Origin: Octopus bimaculoides
Lineage: Eukaryota
DNA: 64,000 bases
Assembly: GCF_001194135.2 (NCBI RefSeq)
Contig: NC_069000.1
Location: 15,938,037 to 16,002,036 of the forward strand
Direction: 5' to 3'
Below the pieces are notes generated by a model. The model was not told the DNA's origin. It searched no databases and saw only the letters and a program-made list of their open reading frames with translations. A program made the position numbers and the translations under genes. This document shows positions 62,190 through 64,000 of the stretch, in pieces (within the stretch, counting starts at the first letter, position 1; the number at the start of each line of letters is the position of its first letter).

Positions 62190-63740
62190 TTCAAATTTTG
62201 ACGCAAGGTCAGCAATTTCGGGGGTTGGGGTAAGTCGATTACAGCTACCCCAGTACTTAAAGTTCAAATTCCACCGACGAGGTCGACTTCTCCTTTCACA
62301 CTTTTAGGGTCGATAAAATAAATACCAGTTGCGGGCCTTGTGCCAAAATTTGAAGCTATTATTATTTACGTTCGGAGTTCAAATTCCGCTGAGGTCGACT
62401 TTGCCTTTTATCCTTTCGGGGTCAATAAATTAAGTACTAGTGAGACACTGGGGTCATGTAATCGACTTGTCCTCTCCCCACAAATTTCAGGCCTTGTGCA
62501 TATAGTAGAAAGGATTATTATTTGATAGCTTCAGGCAGATTTCTACTGCATCACCAGCTACACCACCGTGTTGCTGGGGTGTGTGCAGCATTGTGTGTCC
62601 TGTTTTGTAGTTGTGTGTGTGTGTGTGTGGAGTACAGACTCTCCCTGGGATTGCATTGAGGCAATTTATTTTCTTATGGTGTCTGGTTGCAGTCTTTTGT
62701 TGTGTTCATGTTTGTATTGTGTATTGTGTGTGCAATGCGAGTTGTGTTCTTTTTGTTGGGTATCCGGCCTGTAGTGTACATGTTGTGGTAGTAGTTTATT
62801 TTATTGGATATTTACTGTATAGAGTGTGTTATGTGTTTGTGGATTGTTTTGTTTGGGTTGTATTACTGAATTGAGAGTGTCTTGTGTAGGATGTGGGCTC
62901 TTTCTATCAGGTCTATATAATCATCATCATCATCTTTATTATTATTATTATTATTTCCACCGAGGTCGACTTTGCCTTTCATCCTTTCAGGGTCGATAAA
63001 ATAAGTACCAGTTATGCACTGGAGTCGATGTAATCGACTTAATCCCCTCCTCCAAGCTATCCTTGTGCCAGAAATTTGAAATCGTTATTATTATTATTAT
63101 TGCTATTATTATTTGGAAGGCGGTGAGCTGGCAGAATCGTCAGCACGCTGGATAAAATGCTTAGCAGTATTTCGCCCGTCGCTATGTTCTGAGTTCAGAT
63201 TCCGCTGAGGTCGACTTTGCCGTTTATCCTCTCGGGGGTCGATGTAATTGACTATTCCACTCCCCACAAATTCCAGGCCCTATACCTATAGTAGAAAGTA
63301 TTATTTTTATTTCGAAACTAAGCACAAAATCAGAAATTTGGGTTGGGAGTGGGGCTAATTGATATCATAAACCCTTACGCTTGATTGGGGTTTAATTTCA
63401 CCGACCAGTCAGGAACTGGTGGTAGTGTTGGGTCAATGTAATCAACTTTCAGCGGTTTCGCCCAACGTTGCTGACCTTGTGCCAAAATATGCTGCAAAAT
63501 GGTTGGCACGATGGCAGAATCGGATTGTTAGCGCTCCGGATAAAATGCATAGCAGTATTTCATCATCCGCCTTTACGTTCTGAGTTCAAATTACCCCCGA
63601 AATCGACTTTGCCTTTAAAAAATTTTTAAAAAACTTTTCGGACTGATGAGATAAGTACCGGTCAAACCCGCTGGTCGATGTAATCGACTAGCCACCGCCC
63701 CCAAAATTTCAGACCTTATGCCTATAATTGAAAGGACTAC
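62190..63740 (+). repeat. Cluster of partial SINE family D copies with (ATT)n spacers
   Basis: gaggtcgactttgcc / gtcgatgtaatcgact recurs about six times. Confidence 0.8.
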
Positions 63741-64000
63741 TACTACTACTACTACTTTTTTGTTCTTGTTTTTGTTTTTGTGTGTTTATATTTGTTATTG
63801 CCGTTGCTATGTTGTCACCGAGCTTCCTGTTACAGCTATATTTTGTTGTTGTTATTGGTCCAGCTGATGTTATTTCTGTTAATATATCTTTTCTTGGGGA
63901 TCATTTGCTGATGTTGCTGTCGTAAATGCAATTTTTGTCACAGTTGTATTTGCTGTATGGAATTCTGGTTTAAGCACCTCATATAACCCCTTCATAACTT

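Noticed and set aside
62568-62874. Cys/Val-rich ORFs
   Set aside because: Translation of TG-rich low-complexity sequence.
1-64000. CRISPR array, prokaryotic operon or viral/defence system
   Set aside because: The sequence is intron-rich eukaryotic DNA; the repeated units are dispersed SINE/LINE copies without regular spacer periodicity.

Overview
AT-rich, N-gapped eukaryotic (animal) genomic scaffold, most likely a coleoid cephalopod (Octopus; inferred from the SINE/RTE/MITE repertoire, not proven). Reading splice sites by hand gives four spliced genes in alternating orientation: CCNDBP1/GCIP (-, 3496-17000; one exon missing, probably in an assembly gap), PDCD5 (+, 17374-28589, complete, 130 aa), MCUR1/CCDC90B (-, 29094-49162) and UBE2C (+, 49505-59029, complete, 175 aa). 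They form two head-to-head pairs (373 and 342 bp between ATGs) joined tail-to-tail (504 bp between stops). Introns are packed with three tRNA-derived SINE families, RTE LINE 3' ends, several MITE families, a Helitron and an RLE-type (R4/Dong-like) LINE fragment. Most ORF-track entries are non-coding or gap-spanning. I found no clearly novel protein-coding system. The best leads are: an NF-Y/CHR/ETS cell-cycle-type promoter shared by UBE2C and MCUR1, orphan miRNA-like hairpins (1890-1996, 49909-49966), a Helitron nested in a SINE's (TA)n core, inverted RTE copies that could form dsRNA, an overlapping uORF on MCUR1 and CPE/hexamer pairs behind UBE2C.
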